Notes: generated by a model from the sequence alone, not told the origin. Positions 1-10,181 are shown, counted from the first letter of the stretch. The stretch is 64,000 bases of DNA from Mycobacterium sp. (GCA_025963385.1 JAOPUT010000283.1:5865-69864), one strand, 5' to 3'. A program made the numbers and translations.

Positions 1-2
1 AG

Positions 3-476
3 GAGGGCAAGGGTTTCAGCTACATCCTGCACGGCCTGAACCCGGAGCGGATGCTCATCGCCGCCGAGGCGCTGGGCATCGGCCGGGTGGCGTTGGACCG
101 GGCCGTGAAGTACGCCAACGAACGCGTCGTGTTCGACCGGCCAATCGGCATGAACCAGGGCATCCAGTTCCCGTTGGCCGATTCCTTGGCCCGCCTGGAT
201 GCCGCGGAGTTGATCCTGCGCAAGTCGACCTGGCTGTACGACAATGGCAAGCCGTGCGGACGCGAGGCCAACATGGCCAAGTATTTGTGTGCGGATGCTG
301 GATTTGATGCAGCGGACCGCGCGTTGCAGACGCACGGCGGCATGGGCTATTCCGAGGAGTACAACATCTCCCGGTTCTTCCGCGAGTCACGGCTGATGAA
401 GATCGCCCCCGTCAGCCAGGAGATGATTCTCAACTTCCTCGGCAGCCACGTGCTCGGCCTGCCGAGGAGCTACTGA
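3..476 (+). CDS. Acyl-CoA dehydrogenase, C-terminal part (5' end outside window)
   Basis: Open frame from the window edge (EGKGFSYILHGLNPERMLIAAE...), with ACAD C-terminal motifs FDRPIGMNQGIQ and QTHGGMGYSEEY. Confidence 0.9.
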   Translation, partial: EGKGFSYILHGLNPERMLIAAEALGIGRVALDRAVKYANERVVFDRPIGMNQGIQFPLADSLARLDAAELILRKSTWLYDNGKPCGREANMAKYLCADAGFDAADRALQTHGGMGYSEEYNISRFFRESRLMKIAPVSQEMILNFLGSHVLGLPRSY

Positions 477-1693
477 TGGCTGGTCCGGCACCACTTGCCG
501 GAATCACGATCGTCGCAATGGAGCAGGCGGTGGCCGCTCCGATGTGCACGCGGGTACTGGCCGACTTCGGTGCTCGGGTGATCAAGGTGGAGAACCCCAA
601 GGGGGGTGACTTCGCTCGCGACTACGACGGCGTCGTCAATGGTCCTGGGGGGCTCGCCGCCCACTTCGTGTGGTGCAACCGCGGCAAGGAATCCGTCACG
701 CTCAACACCAAGGCTCCGGCCGGCCTCGAACTGTTGCACCGACTGTTGGACGGGGCCGACGCGTTCGTCTCCAACCTCGCGCCAGGAGCGACCGCTCGCA
801 TGGGCCTCGCCCCGGCCGACCTCGCGGTGCGTCACCCCAACGTCATCCCCGTCGAGATCGATGGATACGGGCCCGGGGGGCCGATCTCGCACAAGCGCGC
901 GTATGACCTTCTGGTGCAAGCGGAGTCGGGCTCCTGCGCGATCACCGGCTACCCCGGCATGCCCGCGAAGCCCGGGCCTGCGATGGCCGACTTCACGACG
1001 GGACTCTATGCGGCGATCTCGATCCTCGCCTTGCTCGTTGCGCGAGGTGGTCGATCCGACTTCGCGTCCCCCGCCGTCGAGCTCAGCTTGTTCGACGTCA
1101 TGACCGACGTCATGGGATATGCGCTCACATATACCCAGCACTCGGGCATCGATCAAGAGCCGCTCGGAGTGGGTTCACCCGCCGTTGCGCCATACGGGGC
1201 GTTTCCCACCCGCGACGGTCAGACAGTGGTGCTTGGCACCACGAACGATCGCGAATGGCAGCGGGTGGCCAGGGAGGTCATCGAGCGGCCCGACCTGGCC
1301 GACGACCCACGGTTCAGCACCAACCCCGACCGCTGCGCGCACCGGGACGTGCTCAACGACGCCATCGGATCCTGGTGTGCCCAGCACGATCTCGCGCACA
1401 TCCAAAAGACGGCCGACGATGCCGGAATCGGCAATTCCCGTTACAACTTGCCGAGCGAGGTCGTGGTGCACCCTCAGCTCACCGCCAGGGACCGCTGGCG
1501 GACGGTGGACTCGCCGAAGGGGGAGCTCCCCGCCCTGTTGCCGCCTCCGGTGATCGCCGGATACGAGGCGCCCATGGGTGCCGTGCCCGGACTCGGTGAG
1601 CACACCGACGACGTGCTCGGCGAATTGGGGCTCAGCGCAACCGAAATCGCCACGCTGCGGGCCGACGGAGTAATCGGGCCGGCCTACCCGTGA
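476..1693 (+). CDS. CaiB/BaiF family III CoA transferase
   Basis: LADFGARVIKVE, NRGKESV and AYDLLVQAESG motifs; TGATG coupling to the upstream gene. Confidence 0.9.
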   Translation: MAGPAPLAGITIVAMEQAVAAPMCTRVLADFGARVIKVENPKGGDFARDYDGVVNGPGGLAAHFVWCNRGKESVTLNTKAPAGLELLHRLLDGADAFVSNLAPGATARMGLAPADLAVRHPNVIPVEIDGYGPGGPISHKRAYDLLVQAESGSCAITGYPGMPAKPGPAMADFTTGLYAAISILALLVARGGRSDFASPAVELSLFDVMTDVMGYALTYTQHSGIDQEPLGVGSPAVAPYGAFPTRDGQTVVLGTTNDREWQRVAREVIERPDLADDPRFSTNPDRCAHRDVLNDAIGSWCAQHDLAHIQKTADDAGIGNSRYNLPSEVVVHPQLTARDRWRTVDSPKGELPALLPPPVIAGYEAPMGAVPGLGEHTDDVLGELGLSATEIATLRADGVIGPAYP

Positions 1694-2496
1694 CCCTGGA
1701 TCAGGTGCTGCTGTGCTCCGATCGGGACGGCGTGCGCACGTTGACCTTGAACCGGCCGCACCGCAAGAACGCGATCGACGCGCAGCTGTGGGTGGAACTG
1801 GCCGACGCGCTGCGTGCCACCGCCCGCGACGACGGTGTGCGCGCCCTGGTGATCACCGGCGCCGGCGGTGCGTTCTGTTCGGGCGCCGACATCGGCACCG
1901 GCGAGGACATCCACCCCCGGCACAAGTTGCGTCGGTTGACCGACGTGGCGATGGCACTGCACGAGCTCGCCGTTCCGACCGTGGCCAAGGTCACCGGCGT
2001 CGCGGTCGGTGCCGGTTGGAACCTGGCCCTTGGCTGCGATCTGGTGGTGGCGACCCCAGAATCCAAGTTCTGCCAGGTCTTCAGCAAGCGCGGGCTGTCG
2101 ATCGATCTCGGCGGATCGTGGCTGCTGCCCAAGCTGGTCGGGCTGCAACAGGCCAAGCGACTGGTGCTGCTCGCGGACATGATCGACGCCGAGGAAGCGC
2201 ACCAGTTGGGGCTGGTCACCTGGGTCACGCCGGTCGGCGAGATCGACGCATTCGTCGACGACCTGACGGTGCGGCTGGCCGCGGGACCGCCCTTCGCACT
2301 GGCCCAGAGCAAGGCGCTGCTCAACGACGGTGCCAACGCTACGTTGCGCGAAGCGCTGGTCAACGAGGCCCGGGCACAACCGGGCAATTTCGCAACGGCA
2401 GACTCGGGGGAGGCCTACGCCGCGTTCGCGGCGAAACGCGAACCGGAGTTCACGGGGGCATGGGCGGTAACACCGCCCGGAACGGAGCAGAAGTAA
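1690..2496 (+). CDS. Enoyl-CoA hydratase/isomerase (crotonase family)
   Basis: LNRPHRKNAI, FCSGADI and AVGAGWNLALGCD motifs; GTGA overlap. Confidence 0.9.
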   Translation: MTLDQVLLCSDRDGVRTLTLNRPHRKNAIDAQLWVELADALRATARDDGVRALVITGAGGAFCSGADIGTGEDIHPRHKLRRLTDVAMALHELAVPTVAKVTGVAVGAGWNLALGCDLVVATPESKFCQVFSKRGLSIDLGGSWLLPKLVGLQQAKRLVLLADMIDAEEAHQLGLVTWVTPVGEIDAFVDDLTVRLAAGPPFALAQSKALLNDGANATLREALVNEARAQPGNFATADSGEAYAAFAAKREPEFTGAWAVTPPGTEQK

Positions 2497-3641
2497 TGCG
2501 GGAGACCGTCATCGTCGGCGCCGTGCGCACGCCTGTCGGCAAGCGCAACGGTGGACTGTCCGACCAGCACGCGGCCGACCTGTCCGCGCTGGTACTCAAC
2601 GAGTTGGTCGAACGGACCGGGGTGGATCCCGAGGTCATCGACGACGTCGTGTGGGGCTGCGTCTCTCAGGTCGGTGATCAGTCAAGCAACATCGGCCGCT
2701 ACTCGGTGCTGGCCGCAGGCTGGCCCGAGCACATCCCGGGCACCACGGTGAACCGGGCGTGCGGGTCCAGTCAGCAGGCGCTCGACTTCGCCGTCCAGGC
2801 CGTGATGTCGGGTCAGCAGGACATCGTGGTGGCCGGTGGCGTCGAGGTGATGAGCCGAGTACCGCTGGGCTCGGCGCGGGCGACGGGTACGCCATACGGG
2901 CCGAAAGCGCTTGCCCGCTATGAAGGCTTCTCGTTCAACCAGGGCATCTCGGCGGAGCTGATCTCGCAGAAGTGGAACTTGTCCCGGACCCGGCTCGACG
3001 AGTACTCCACGCGCTCCCACGAGCGGGCCGCCGCTGCTCAGGATGCGGGCGCGTTCACCGACCAGATCATGCCGGTGTTCACCGATGGCGACGTGGTGAC
3101 CGACGACGAGGGCATCCGTCGGGGCACCACCGTCGAGAAGCTGGCCGGCTTGAAGCCGGCGTTCACCGAGGACGGCGTCATTCACGCGGGCAACTCGTCG
3201 CAGATCTCCGACGGAGCGGCTGCCCTGATGGTGATGACCGCGGAGAACGCGGTTCAGCTGGGCCTGACCCCGTTGGTGCGGTATCGCGCCGGGGCGGTCA
3301 CCGGTGCCGACCCGGTGCTCATGTTGACGGGGCCGATCCCCGCGACGGAGAAGGTGTTGCACAAGGCCGGCGTTCACCTCGACGAGGTGGGCGTCTTCGA
3401 GGTCAACGAGGCGTTCGCACCGGTGCCGCTGGCATGGCTGGCGGAGACGGGCGCCGATGAAGCGAAGCTCAACCCGCTCGGCGGCGCGATTGCGTTGGGC
3501 CATCCGCTGGGCGCTTCGGGTGCGGTGCTGATGACCCGGATGATCCATCACATGCGGGACAACGGAATTCGATACGGCCTGCAGACGATGTGTGAGGGCG
3601 GGGGTACCGCCAACGCCACGATGGTCGAGCTCTTGAAATAG
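2496..3641 (+). CDS. Acetyl-CoA acyltransferase (thiolase)
   Basis: True start ATG 2496 (TAATG overlap); VNRACGSS catalytic Cys, NEAF, GHPLGASG and MCEGGG motifs. Confidence 0.93.
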   Translation: MRETVIVGAVRTPVGKRNGGLSDQHAADLSALVLNELVERTGVDPEVIDDVVWGCVSQVGDQSSNIGRYSVLAAGWPEHIPGTTVNRACGSSQQALDFAVQAVMSGQQDIVVAGGVEVMSRVPLGSARATGTPYGPKALARYEGFSFNQGISAELISQKWNLSRTRLDEYSTRSHERAAAAQDAGAFTDQIMPVFTDGDVVTDDEGIRRGTTVEKLAGLKPAFTEDGVIHAGNSSQISDGAAALMVMTAENAVQLGLTPLVRYRAGAVTGADPVLMLTGPIPATEKVLHKAGVHLDEVGVFEVNEAFAPVPLAWLAETGADEAKLNPLGGAIALGHPLGASGAVLMTRMIHHMRDNGIRYGLQTMCEGGGTANATMVELLK

Positions 3642-3676
3642 CCGACCCTAGCTGGCTTTCAGACAAGGAGGGCGCT

Positions 3677-4825
3677 GTGCGCCGCGATCTATTCACCGAA
3701 GACCACGAGGCGTTCCGCGAGTTGGCGCGGGAGTTCGTCGAAAAGGAAGTGGTGCCGCACTATCCCGCGTGGGAGAAGGGCGGCCGCATGCCTCGCGCGG
3801 TGTTCGAGCAGATGGGCTCGCTGGGCATGCTCGGGATGGCCATCCCGGAGGAGTACGGCGGTGGAGGGGAACCGGACTACCGCTACAACGTCGTCATGCA
3901 GGAGGAGGCGGCGCGCGCGCTGGTCACCCTGTCGACGGTACGTACGCAACTCGAGGTGATTCTGCCGTACTTCCTGCACTATGCGAACGCCGAACAGCGC
4001 GAGCGGTGGTTCCCGCGGATCGCCGCGGGCACGCTGCTGACCGCCGTGGCGATGACCGAGCCCGGAACGGGTTCGGACCTGGCGGGCATGCGCACCACCG
4101 CAATTCGTGACGGTGACGACTACATCGTCAACGGCGCCAAGACGTTCATCACCGGCGGCATGCAGGCCGATTTGGTGGTCACCGTCGCCCGCACCTCGAC
4201 CGACCCCGACAACCGACGCCGGGGGCTGACACTGCTGGTCGTCGAGGACGGCATGCCCGGTTTCACCCGGGGCCGCGAACTGGACAAGATGGGCTGCAAG
4301 GTCCAGGACACCGCCGAGTTGTCGTTCGTCGACGTGCGCGTCCCAGCGGCCAACGTGCTGGGGGAGGTGGACGAAGCGTTTGGCTACCTCGGCCACAACC
4401 TCCCGCAGGAGCGCCTGACGGTGGCCGTCGGGTCGGTGGCGCAGGCGCGGTCGGCGATCGCCGTGGCCATCGACTACACCAAGGACCGCAAGGCGTTTGG
4501 GCAAACCGTCGCATCGTTCCAGAACACCAAGTTCGAACTGGCCGCCTGCTCGACGGAGGTCGAAGCAGCGCAGGCGATGCTGGACCGTGCCGTCACGCTG
4601 CACGTCGACGGCGAGCTGTCCGGGGCCGACGCCGCCCGGGTGAAGCTGTTCTGCACCGAGATGCAGCAGCGGGTGATCGACCGCTGTCTGCAGCTCTTCG
4701 GCGGCTACGGCTACATGATGGAGTACCCGATCGCCCGGCTGTACACCGATGCCAGGGTGGCTCGCATCTACGCGGGCACGTCCGAGGTGATGAAGGTGAT
4801 CATCGCAAAGTCGCTAGGCCTCTAG
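3677..4825 (+). CDS. Acyl-CoA dehydrogenase (long-chain type)
   Basis: AMTEPGTGSDL, GAKTFIT, LPQERL and IYAGTSE motifs; AAGGAGG RBS. Confidence 0.93.
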   Translation: MRRDLFTEDHEAFRELAREFVEKEVVPHYPAWEKGGRMPRAVFEQMGSLGMLGMAIPEEYGGGGEPDYRYNVVMQEEAARALVTLSTVRTQLEVILPYFLHYANAEQRERWFPRIAAGTLLTAVAMTEPGTGSDLAGMRTTAIRDGDDYIVNGAKTFITGGMQADLVVTVARTSTDPDNRRRGLTLLVVEDGMPGFTRGRELDKMGCKVQDTAELSFVDVRVPAANVLGEVDEAFGYLGHNLPQERLTVAVGSVAQARSAIAVAIDYTKDRKAFGQTVASFQNTKFELAACSTEVEAAQAMLDRAVTLHVDGELSGADAARVKLFCTEMQQRVIDRCLQLFGGYGYMMEYPIARLYTDARVARIYAGTSEVMKVIIAKSLGL

Positions 4826-4890
4826 AGGCGAGTTGAGCGTGTTGACCCGGGCGTCGGGAATCAACTTCACTGAGACCCTTGTCACACGGG

Positions 4891-4927
4891 CCAAACCTAC
4901 CTACTGTGTGTTCACTAGGTTGGTTGG
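4891..4927. promoter_or_regulatory. Imperfect inverted repeat, probable autoregulatory operator of the adjacent TetR
   Basis: CCAAACCTACCTA...TAGGTTGGTTGG directly upstream of the TetR start. Confidence 0.5.
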
Positions 4928-4941
4928 AACGAAGGGGTTCA

Positions 4942-5598
4942 GTGACGAGTTCGGTGTCGAGGCCGGCTTCTGCGCCGCGGCCGTATGCCTCGCTCCTTGC
5001 CAAGGGGGAGGACCGTAAGCAGCGGATCCTCGAGGTCGCAGAGCGTCTGCTCGCGCGTTACGGGTGGCGCAACACCTCGCTGGCGCAGATCGCGAGGGAA
5101 GCCGGGGTCAGCGCGGCCGGGTTGCTTCACCACTACGAATCCAAGGAGCAACTGCTCAATGCGGTGCTCGATGCCCGCGACGCAGACGACGACACCCACG
5201 CCGACCGCCGTGGCGATCTGGTCACCGAGATCTGTCGCGTCGCCGAGCGCTTCGACCGTCAACCCGAGCTCGTCGGCACCTTCACCATGCTGCTGATCGA
5301 GAACATCGCACCCGACGCCCCCCTGCACGACCGCTTGCTCCACAGGCAGCGCGAGGGCGCGTGCATCGTCGCCGGCCTGATTGACAGCGGTCAGCGCGCC
5401 GGTCGGTACCGCCAAGACATCGACCCGGCCATCAAGGCCGTCGAGATTCTCGCCTTCGTCAATGGAATGGAGACCGCATGGTTGCTCGATCCTTCAATTC
5501 CCCTCGCCGAGGTGTTCAAGGGGTACGCCGAAGCACTCGCCCGCGACTTCACGCCACCGGCGACGAAGACACCGCCCTCGGAAGGCATCCCGACATGA
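4942..5598 (+). CDS. TetR/AcrR family transcriptional regulator
   Basis: HTH RILEVAERLLARYGWRNTSLAQIAREAGVSAAGLLHHY; GTG 4942 chosen as start. Confidence 0.88.
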   Translation: MTSSVSRPASAPRPYASLLAKGEDRKQRILEVAERLLARYGWRNTSLAQIAREAGVSAAGLLHHYESKEQLLNAVLDARDADDDTHADRRGDLVTEICRVAERFDRQPELVGTFTMLLIENIAPDAPLHDRLLHRQREGACIVAGLIDSGQRAGRYRQDIDPAIKAVEILAFVNGMETAWLLDPSIPLAEVFKGYAEALARDFTPPATKTPPSEGIPT

Positions 5599-6104
5599 GG
5601 TACCGACTCGACGTCGTCGCCCGCAACGTCCCCGAGGTCGTCAAGTTCGCCGGAGGGTGGCTCGTCGACCGGGTGATGGCCGGCTGGGACGTCACGGTGC
5701 TGATCTCCGCTGACGAGGACCTACGGCCACTCGAGATCCTCGGCGTCGAAATCCATGACCTCGAAGCCGCGCTGGAGGAATGGGCCGACCGCCCGCACCC
5801 GCAGACGGTCGCCGTCGCCGCGGATCTCTTCGCCAGCGACGAACGGGTGCGCCGAGGCGTGCTCACCGCACTCGACCACGGCATGACCGAAGTGACGTTG
5901 TGGGGCGAACATTGGCCGACGGAGCTCGACAGCACGATCGGTTCGGTTCACCACCAGCTGAGCGGGGCCGCCCGTGCGTTCAAGGCGCAGGCGCTCGCTG
6001 CCGCTGCGGACCCGGACGCCGGCGACGTCGGCGACACCGAGACGTTCCGCTGCGGGCTGGCCGCGCTGCCTTCGGTTGCCGCGGACCTCACGCCCGCAAG
6101 CTGA
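5595..6104 (+). CDS. Hypothetical protein of unknown function (MRYRLDVVARNVPEVVKFAGGWLVDR...)
   Basis: ATGA coupling to the TetR stop; typical high-GC codon usage. Confidence 0.75.
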   Translation: MRYRLDVVARNVPEVVKFAGGWLVDRVMAGWDVTVLISADEDLRPLEILGVEIHDLEAALEEWADRPHPQTVAVAADLFASDERVRRGVLTALDHGMTEVTLWGEHWPTELDSTIGSVHHQLSGAARAFKAQALAAAADPDAGDVGDTETFRCGLAALPSVAADLTPAS

Positions 6105-7098
6105 GGTCGATCAGCACCTTGCCGATCGCCCGCCCGTCGGCGACGTGACGCAACGCGCTGGCCGTTTCCGCCAGCGGGTACACCGCGCCCACGTGAGGTG
6201 ACACGCGCCCGGCGACCAGCAACTCGCGAAGCTCCGTCTCGTTGCGTTCGAAGTCCTCGGGCGGTACGTCCTGGAACTGGAAGCCCATGACGTGGATTCC
6301 CTTGACGAGCACCAGATTCAAGGGGATCCGAGGGATGACGCCCGAGGCGTAGCCCACCGTGACGAACCGGCCGCCACGGCGCAGCGACCGCAGCGCGGGC
6401 TCGGCGAGGTCGCCACCCACCGTGTCCACCACCACGTCGGCACCGTCTGGCAGCGCGTCACGCAACGCGGGGCGCAACTCGGCTCTTCGGGATTGGTCCC
6501 CGAGTCGCTCCGCTCCTGCCCGCCGATGCTTGATCAGGTTGGTCGCGCCGTAATTCGCGGCCGCGTCCAGCTTCTCGGGTGACGACGCGACCGCGGTGAC
6601 ATTCGCACCCAGAGCGACGCCGAGTTGAACCGCCGCCAAGCCGACGCCGCCACCCGCACCGAGCACGACGAGTTCGTCGCCGGACTTCAGGCGGGCGGTG
6701 GAGCGCAGCGTGTGATACGCCGTGCGGTACGCGACGCCGAACGCCACCGCCGTCGGCTCGTCGATGCCGTCGGGAATGCGGGCCAAGGTCGCCGCGTCGA
6801 CGACGACCCGCTCGGCGAAGGCGCCGAACATTCCGGTGCCCGTCACACGGTCCCCCGTCGCGAAACCCGTGGTATCCGAACCGACTTCGTCGATAGTGCC
6901 TGCGAACTCGCTGCCTGGAATGAAAGGCGGCGGGATGCTGACCTGGTAGGAGTTGGCGATCAGCAGGACGTCGGGGAAGTTCACTGCCGCCGCATGCACC
7001 CGCACGCCAATCTGGCCCGGCTGCGCCGTGGGCACCGGATGCTCTTCGACGCGAACGACTTCCGGCGGACCGTAGGCCGGGCAGACCGCAGCGCGCAT
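6088..7098 (-). CDS. NADPH:quinone oxidoreductase (MDR, zeta-crystallin-like)
   Basis: AAAVNFPD, PGSEFAG and GAGGGVGLAAVQ motifs. Confidence 0.9.
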   Translation of the reverse strand: MRAAVCPAYGPPEVVRVEEHPVPTAQPGQIGVRVHAAAVNFPDVLLIANSYQVSIPPPFIPGSEFAGTIDEVGSDTTGFATGDRVTGTGMFGAFAERVVVDAATLARIPDGIDEPTAVAFGVAYRTAYHTLRSTARLKSGDELVVLGAGGGVGLAAVQLGVALGANVTAVASSPEKLDAAANYGATNLIKHRRAGAERLGDQSRRAELRPALRDALPDGADVVVDTVGGDLAEPALRSLRRGGRFVTVGYASGVIPRIPLNLVLVKGIHVMGFQFQDVPPEDFERNETELRELLVAGRVSPHVGAVYPLAETASALRHVADGRAIGKVLIDLSLRA

Positions 7099-7105
7099 CG
7101 CTCGA

Positions 7106-8134
7106 CTAGCCCCGATAGTCCGTGGACTCGGCGAGTTCGGCGGCCGAGGCCATCAGCTCGGTGACGACCGGCCCGAAAGCCAGCAGCTTTTCGTCGTCGC
7201 CTGCGCGCTGGAAACCCTGCTCCAGCACGATCGCCAGCTTCCACTTGGCCAGCACCAGATAGTAGTCCAGGTCGTCGACCTGGCGGCCCGACACCTCGGC
7301 GTAGTGTGCGACGACCCTGTCGCGTGAGGGCATGCCGCGCATGTCGACGTAGCTCATCGCCGCGGTGTCGTCGGGTCCGGACGGCCACGACTGCACCATC
7401 CAGCCCAGGTCCAGTTTCGGGTCGCCGACAGTGCCCATCTCCCAGTCGACCAGGGCCGCCAGTCGGGCAGGCGCACCGTGTCGGTACATGACGTTGGCGA
7501 ACTGGTAATCGCCATGCATCAGACCGGGGATGAAGTCCAGCGGCCCGTGCGCCTTGAGCCAGTCGGTGGCCACGTCGAGGCCCTCTATCTCGCGCCGCTT
7601 GATCCGCTCGAAGAACCCGGTCCACCGGTCGACCTGACGTTCGTGGAACCCGTCGGGACGGCCGAGGTCGTGTAGTCCCCTGGCCTTCCAGTCGACCTTC
7701 GACAGCAGCGCAATGCCTTCGGCCAGTTGATAACTCAGTCCGGCGCGCGCGTCGAGATCATCATCGAACGGCTCCGGCCAATTGCCGTGGACGTCCATCG
7801 GGGACCAGCCGTCGACGAAGCCCATCAGGTAGAACGGCCTGCCCAGCACGCTCGCGTCGTCGCACACTCCGACGGCCTTGGTGTGGGGCACCTCGGTGCC
7901 GTCGAGCGCCTCGATGATGCGCCACTCGCGCAGGATGCCCTTGTCGCGGTCCGGTGGTGCGTCTGGTGGCGGCATGCGGATGACGCACTTCTCGTCGCCG
8001 CGAGTGAGCTCGTAGATCACGTTCTGCGTCCCGCCGGAGAGGAAGCGGGTGGCCAGCGGCTCACCCTTGCCGGGGAGAGCGGCCTCGTCCATCCACGCGG
8101 CGAGGCGGGCGACGTCGATGCCCGGGGCCGTCAC
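7106..8134 (-). CDS. APH-family phosphotransferase (ACAD10/11-like kinase domain)
   Basis: HGDYQFANV and DWEMGTVGDP motifs; GTGA overlap with the upstream ACAD. Confidence 0.88.
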   Translation of the reverse strand: MTAPGIDVARLAAWMDEAALPGKGEPLATRFLSGGTQNVIYELTRGDEKCVIRMPPPDAPPDRDKGILREWRIIEALDGTEVPHTKAVGVCDDASVLGRPFYLMGFVDGWSPMDVHGNWPEPFDDDLDARAGLSYQLAEGIALLSKVDWKARGLHDLGRPDGFHERQVDRWTGFFERIKRREIEGLDVATDWLKAHGPLDFIPGLMHGDYQFANVMYRHGAPARLAALVDWEMGTVGDPKLDLGWMVQSWPSGPDDTAAMSYVDMRGMPSRDRVVAHYAEVSGRQVDDLDYYLVLAKWKLAIVLEQGFQRAGDDEKLLAFGPVVTELMASAAELAESTDYRG

Positions 8135-9429
8135 TGGTTGCCCACCTCCAGTTCGAGGTACTCGGCGTACTTCGCACGTGCCGCATCGCGTTTGCGAGGT
8201 ATCCACTCCGTCGGCCAGACGTCGTCGCTGGCGGTGTAGTCCCGCAGCACCTGCTTGGCGACGGTGGTCTTGTGCACCTCGGTGGGGCCGTCGGCCAGCC
8301 CCATCACCGCCGCGCCCGTGACCATGCCCAGAAACGGCATCTCATTGGTGACGCCGAGTGCGCCGTGTACCTGCATTGCGCGCCAGGCGATGTCGTGAAG
8401 CACCGTGGGCATGACGACCTTGACGGCGGCGATGTCCTTGCGCACCTTCTTGTAGTCGTTGTACTTGTCGATCTCCCATGCGGTGTACAGCACCATCAGC
8501 CGGAACTGCTTGAGCTGGGCGTAGGAGTCCGCGATGTATTGCTGCACGGCCTGCTTGTCGGACAGGCGGCTGCCCGCGGTCTCTCGGCTGAGAGCGCGTT
8601 CGCACATCATGTCGATGGCCTTCTGGGACAGTCCAATGGTCCGCATCGCGTGGTGGATCCGACCGCCACCGAGTCGTGTCTGGGCGATCACGAAGGCCTG
8701 CCCCTCGCCGCCGAGGAGAGCCGAATTGGGCACGCGCACATTGTCGTAGTGAATGAGAGCGTGACTGCCCTCACCGTCGCGTTCCCCGTGCAGCCCCACG
8801 TTGCGCACGATGTTCACCCCGGGCGTGTCCGTCGGGAGCAGAAACATCGACATCCCCTGGTAGGCACTCACGTCCGGGTTGGTGACCACCATGACGATGA
8901 GGAACGAGGCGGTATTGGCGTTGGACGAGAAGTACTTCCAGCCGTTGATCACCCAATCGTCTCCGTCGCGCACGGCGCTGGTCTTGAACTGGGTGGGGTC
9001 GGCGCCGCCCTGCGGTTCGGTCATCGAGTAGCTCGAGAACAGCTCGCCGTCGAGCAGTGGGCGAAGGTAACGCTCCTTCTGGTCGGGTGTCCCGTAGTGG
9101 GCGATGATCTCGGCGTTGCCGGTATCGGGCGCCTGACAGCCGAAGATGACCGATGCCCACTGCGACCTGCCGAGAATCTCGTTCAGCAGCGCGAGCTTGA
9201 GCTGGCCGTAACCCTGGCCGCCGAGGTCGGGGCCGAGATGGGTTGCCCACAAACCCTTCTGGCGCACCTGCTCCTTGAGCGGGTCGATGACCTTGCGTCG
9301 GGTATCGGTCAACGGAGTGAACTGCAGGTGCGGCCAGATCAGGTCGAGCGGTTCGACCTCGTTGCGCACGAATTGATCGGCCCAGTCCAGAAGTTCCTGG
9401 TACTCGGGGTCGGTTTCAAAGTCCCACAT
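8131..9429 (-). CDS. Acyl-CoA dehydrogenase (ACAD10/11-like)
   Basis: APDTGNAE, MTEPQGGAD, RLGGGRIHH and LADGPTEVH motifs. Confidence 0.92.
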   Translation of the reverse strand: MWDFETDPEYQELLDWADQFVRNEVEPLDLIWPHLQFTPLTDTRRKVIDPLKEQVRQKGLWATHLGPDLGGQGYGQLKLALLNEILGRSQWASVIFGCQAPDTGNAEIIAHYGTPDQKERYLRPLLDGELFSSYSMTEPQGGADPTQFKTSAVRDGDDWVINGWKYFSSNANTASFLIVMVVTNPDVSAYQGMSMFLLPTDTPGVNIVRNVGLHGERDGEGSHALIHYDNVRVPNSALLGGEGQAFVIAQTRLGGGRIHHAMRTIGLSQKAIDMMCERALSRETAGSRLSDKQAVQQYIADSYAQLKQFRLMVLYTAWEIDKYNDYKKVRKDIAAVKVVMPTVLHDIAWRAMQVHGALGVTNEMPFLGMVTGAAVMGLADGPTEVHKTTVAKQVLRDYTASDDVWPTEWIPRKRDAARAKYAEYLELEVGNQ

Positions 9430-9446
9430 GCGGCCTCCTTGCCGGG

Positions 9447-10088
9447 TCAGGGATATCCGTTGACGAGCGTGGTGATGTCAGCCGTGACGACCTCGGCGAA
9501 GGAGCGATTGCCGAAAGCCCCTGCCGCCCAGTGTCGTGCGCCTTCGCTGACCATGGTCTGCGCCAGGTAGGCCAGGTGCGCGACGTCGACCTCGGCCCCG
9601 AGCTTGCCGTCGGCGATCGCTCGGCTGAACAGCTCGGTGAACATGTCGGCGTCCAGATCGTCTGGCGTGCCGTCGGCGAGCAACCGATGTTCGTGTCGGT
9701 ACCCCTCGAGGATGGTCTCGATGATCAGCTCGCGGGGGTTGCGGGCCATCGAGCGCTCGAACGTCGTCAGAGCGGCCGAGACGACGTCGCCGATCTCATA
9801 CGGCTTGGTGAGTAGCTCGCCGATCGTGCGCTGCGCGGCCTGCGTCGACATGACACCGACCTCGAACAGCACGTCCTCCTTGCGCGGGAAGTAGAAGTAG
9901 AACAGTGCCTTGCTCACCCCCGCCGCGGTGCAGATGTCGGCGACCGTGGTGGTGGCGTATCCCTTCGTGCGCCACAGCGCCATGGCGGCCTGGACCAGCA
10001 TGCGCTTCGTCTCGTGAGACTTCGCCCGCTGAAATGTCGCCCGACGCTGACCGCGGTCAGCAGTCAGGGAGTCAGCGGTATCGGCCAC
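9447..10088 (-). CDS. TetR/AcrR family transcriptional regulator
   Basis: HTH TTVADICTAAGVSKALFYFYF; exact start uncertain (GTG 10088 or 10097). Confidence 0.88.
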   Translation of the reverse strand: MADTADSLTADRGQRRATFQRAKSHETKRMLVQAAMALWRTKGYATTTVADICTAAGVSKALFYFYFPRKEDVLFEVGVMSTQAAQRTIGELLTKPYEIGDVVSAALTTFERSMARNPRELIIETILEGYRHEHRLLADGTPDDLDADMFTELFSRAIADGKLGAEVDVAHLAYLAQTMVSEGARHWAAGAFGNRSFAEVVTADITTLVNGYP

Positions 10089-10113
10089 GGTGAACACGAT
10101 AACGCGGTTCGAG

Positions 10114-10136
10114 TTAGTTGACCAGTGTCTAACTAA
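10114..10136. promoter_or_regulatory. AT-rich imperfect palindrome, probable TetR operator
   Basis: TTAGTTGAC-CAGT-GTCTAACTAA upstream of TetR 9447..10088. Confidence 0.5.
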
Positions 10137-10181
10137 ATCGGGTTGTGGTCGACGTCGGCGTTTGGTTTTACACTCACCGAC

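Noticed and set aside
1713-3641. 642-aa ORF as a fusion protein
   Set aside because: The N-terminal part is an off-frame shadow of the hydratase; the thiolase starts at 2496.
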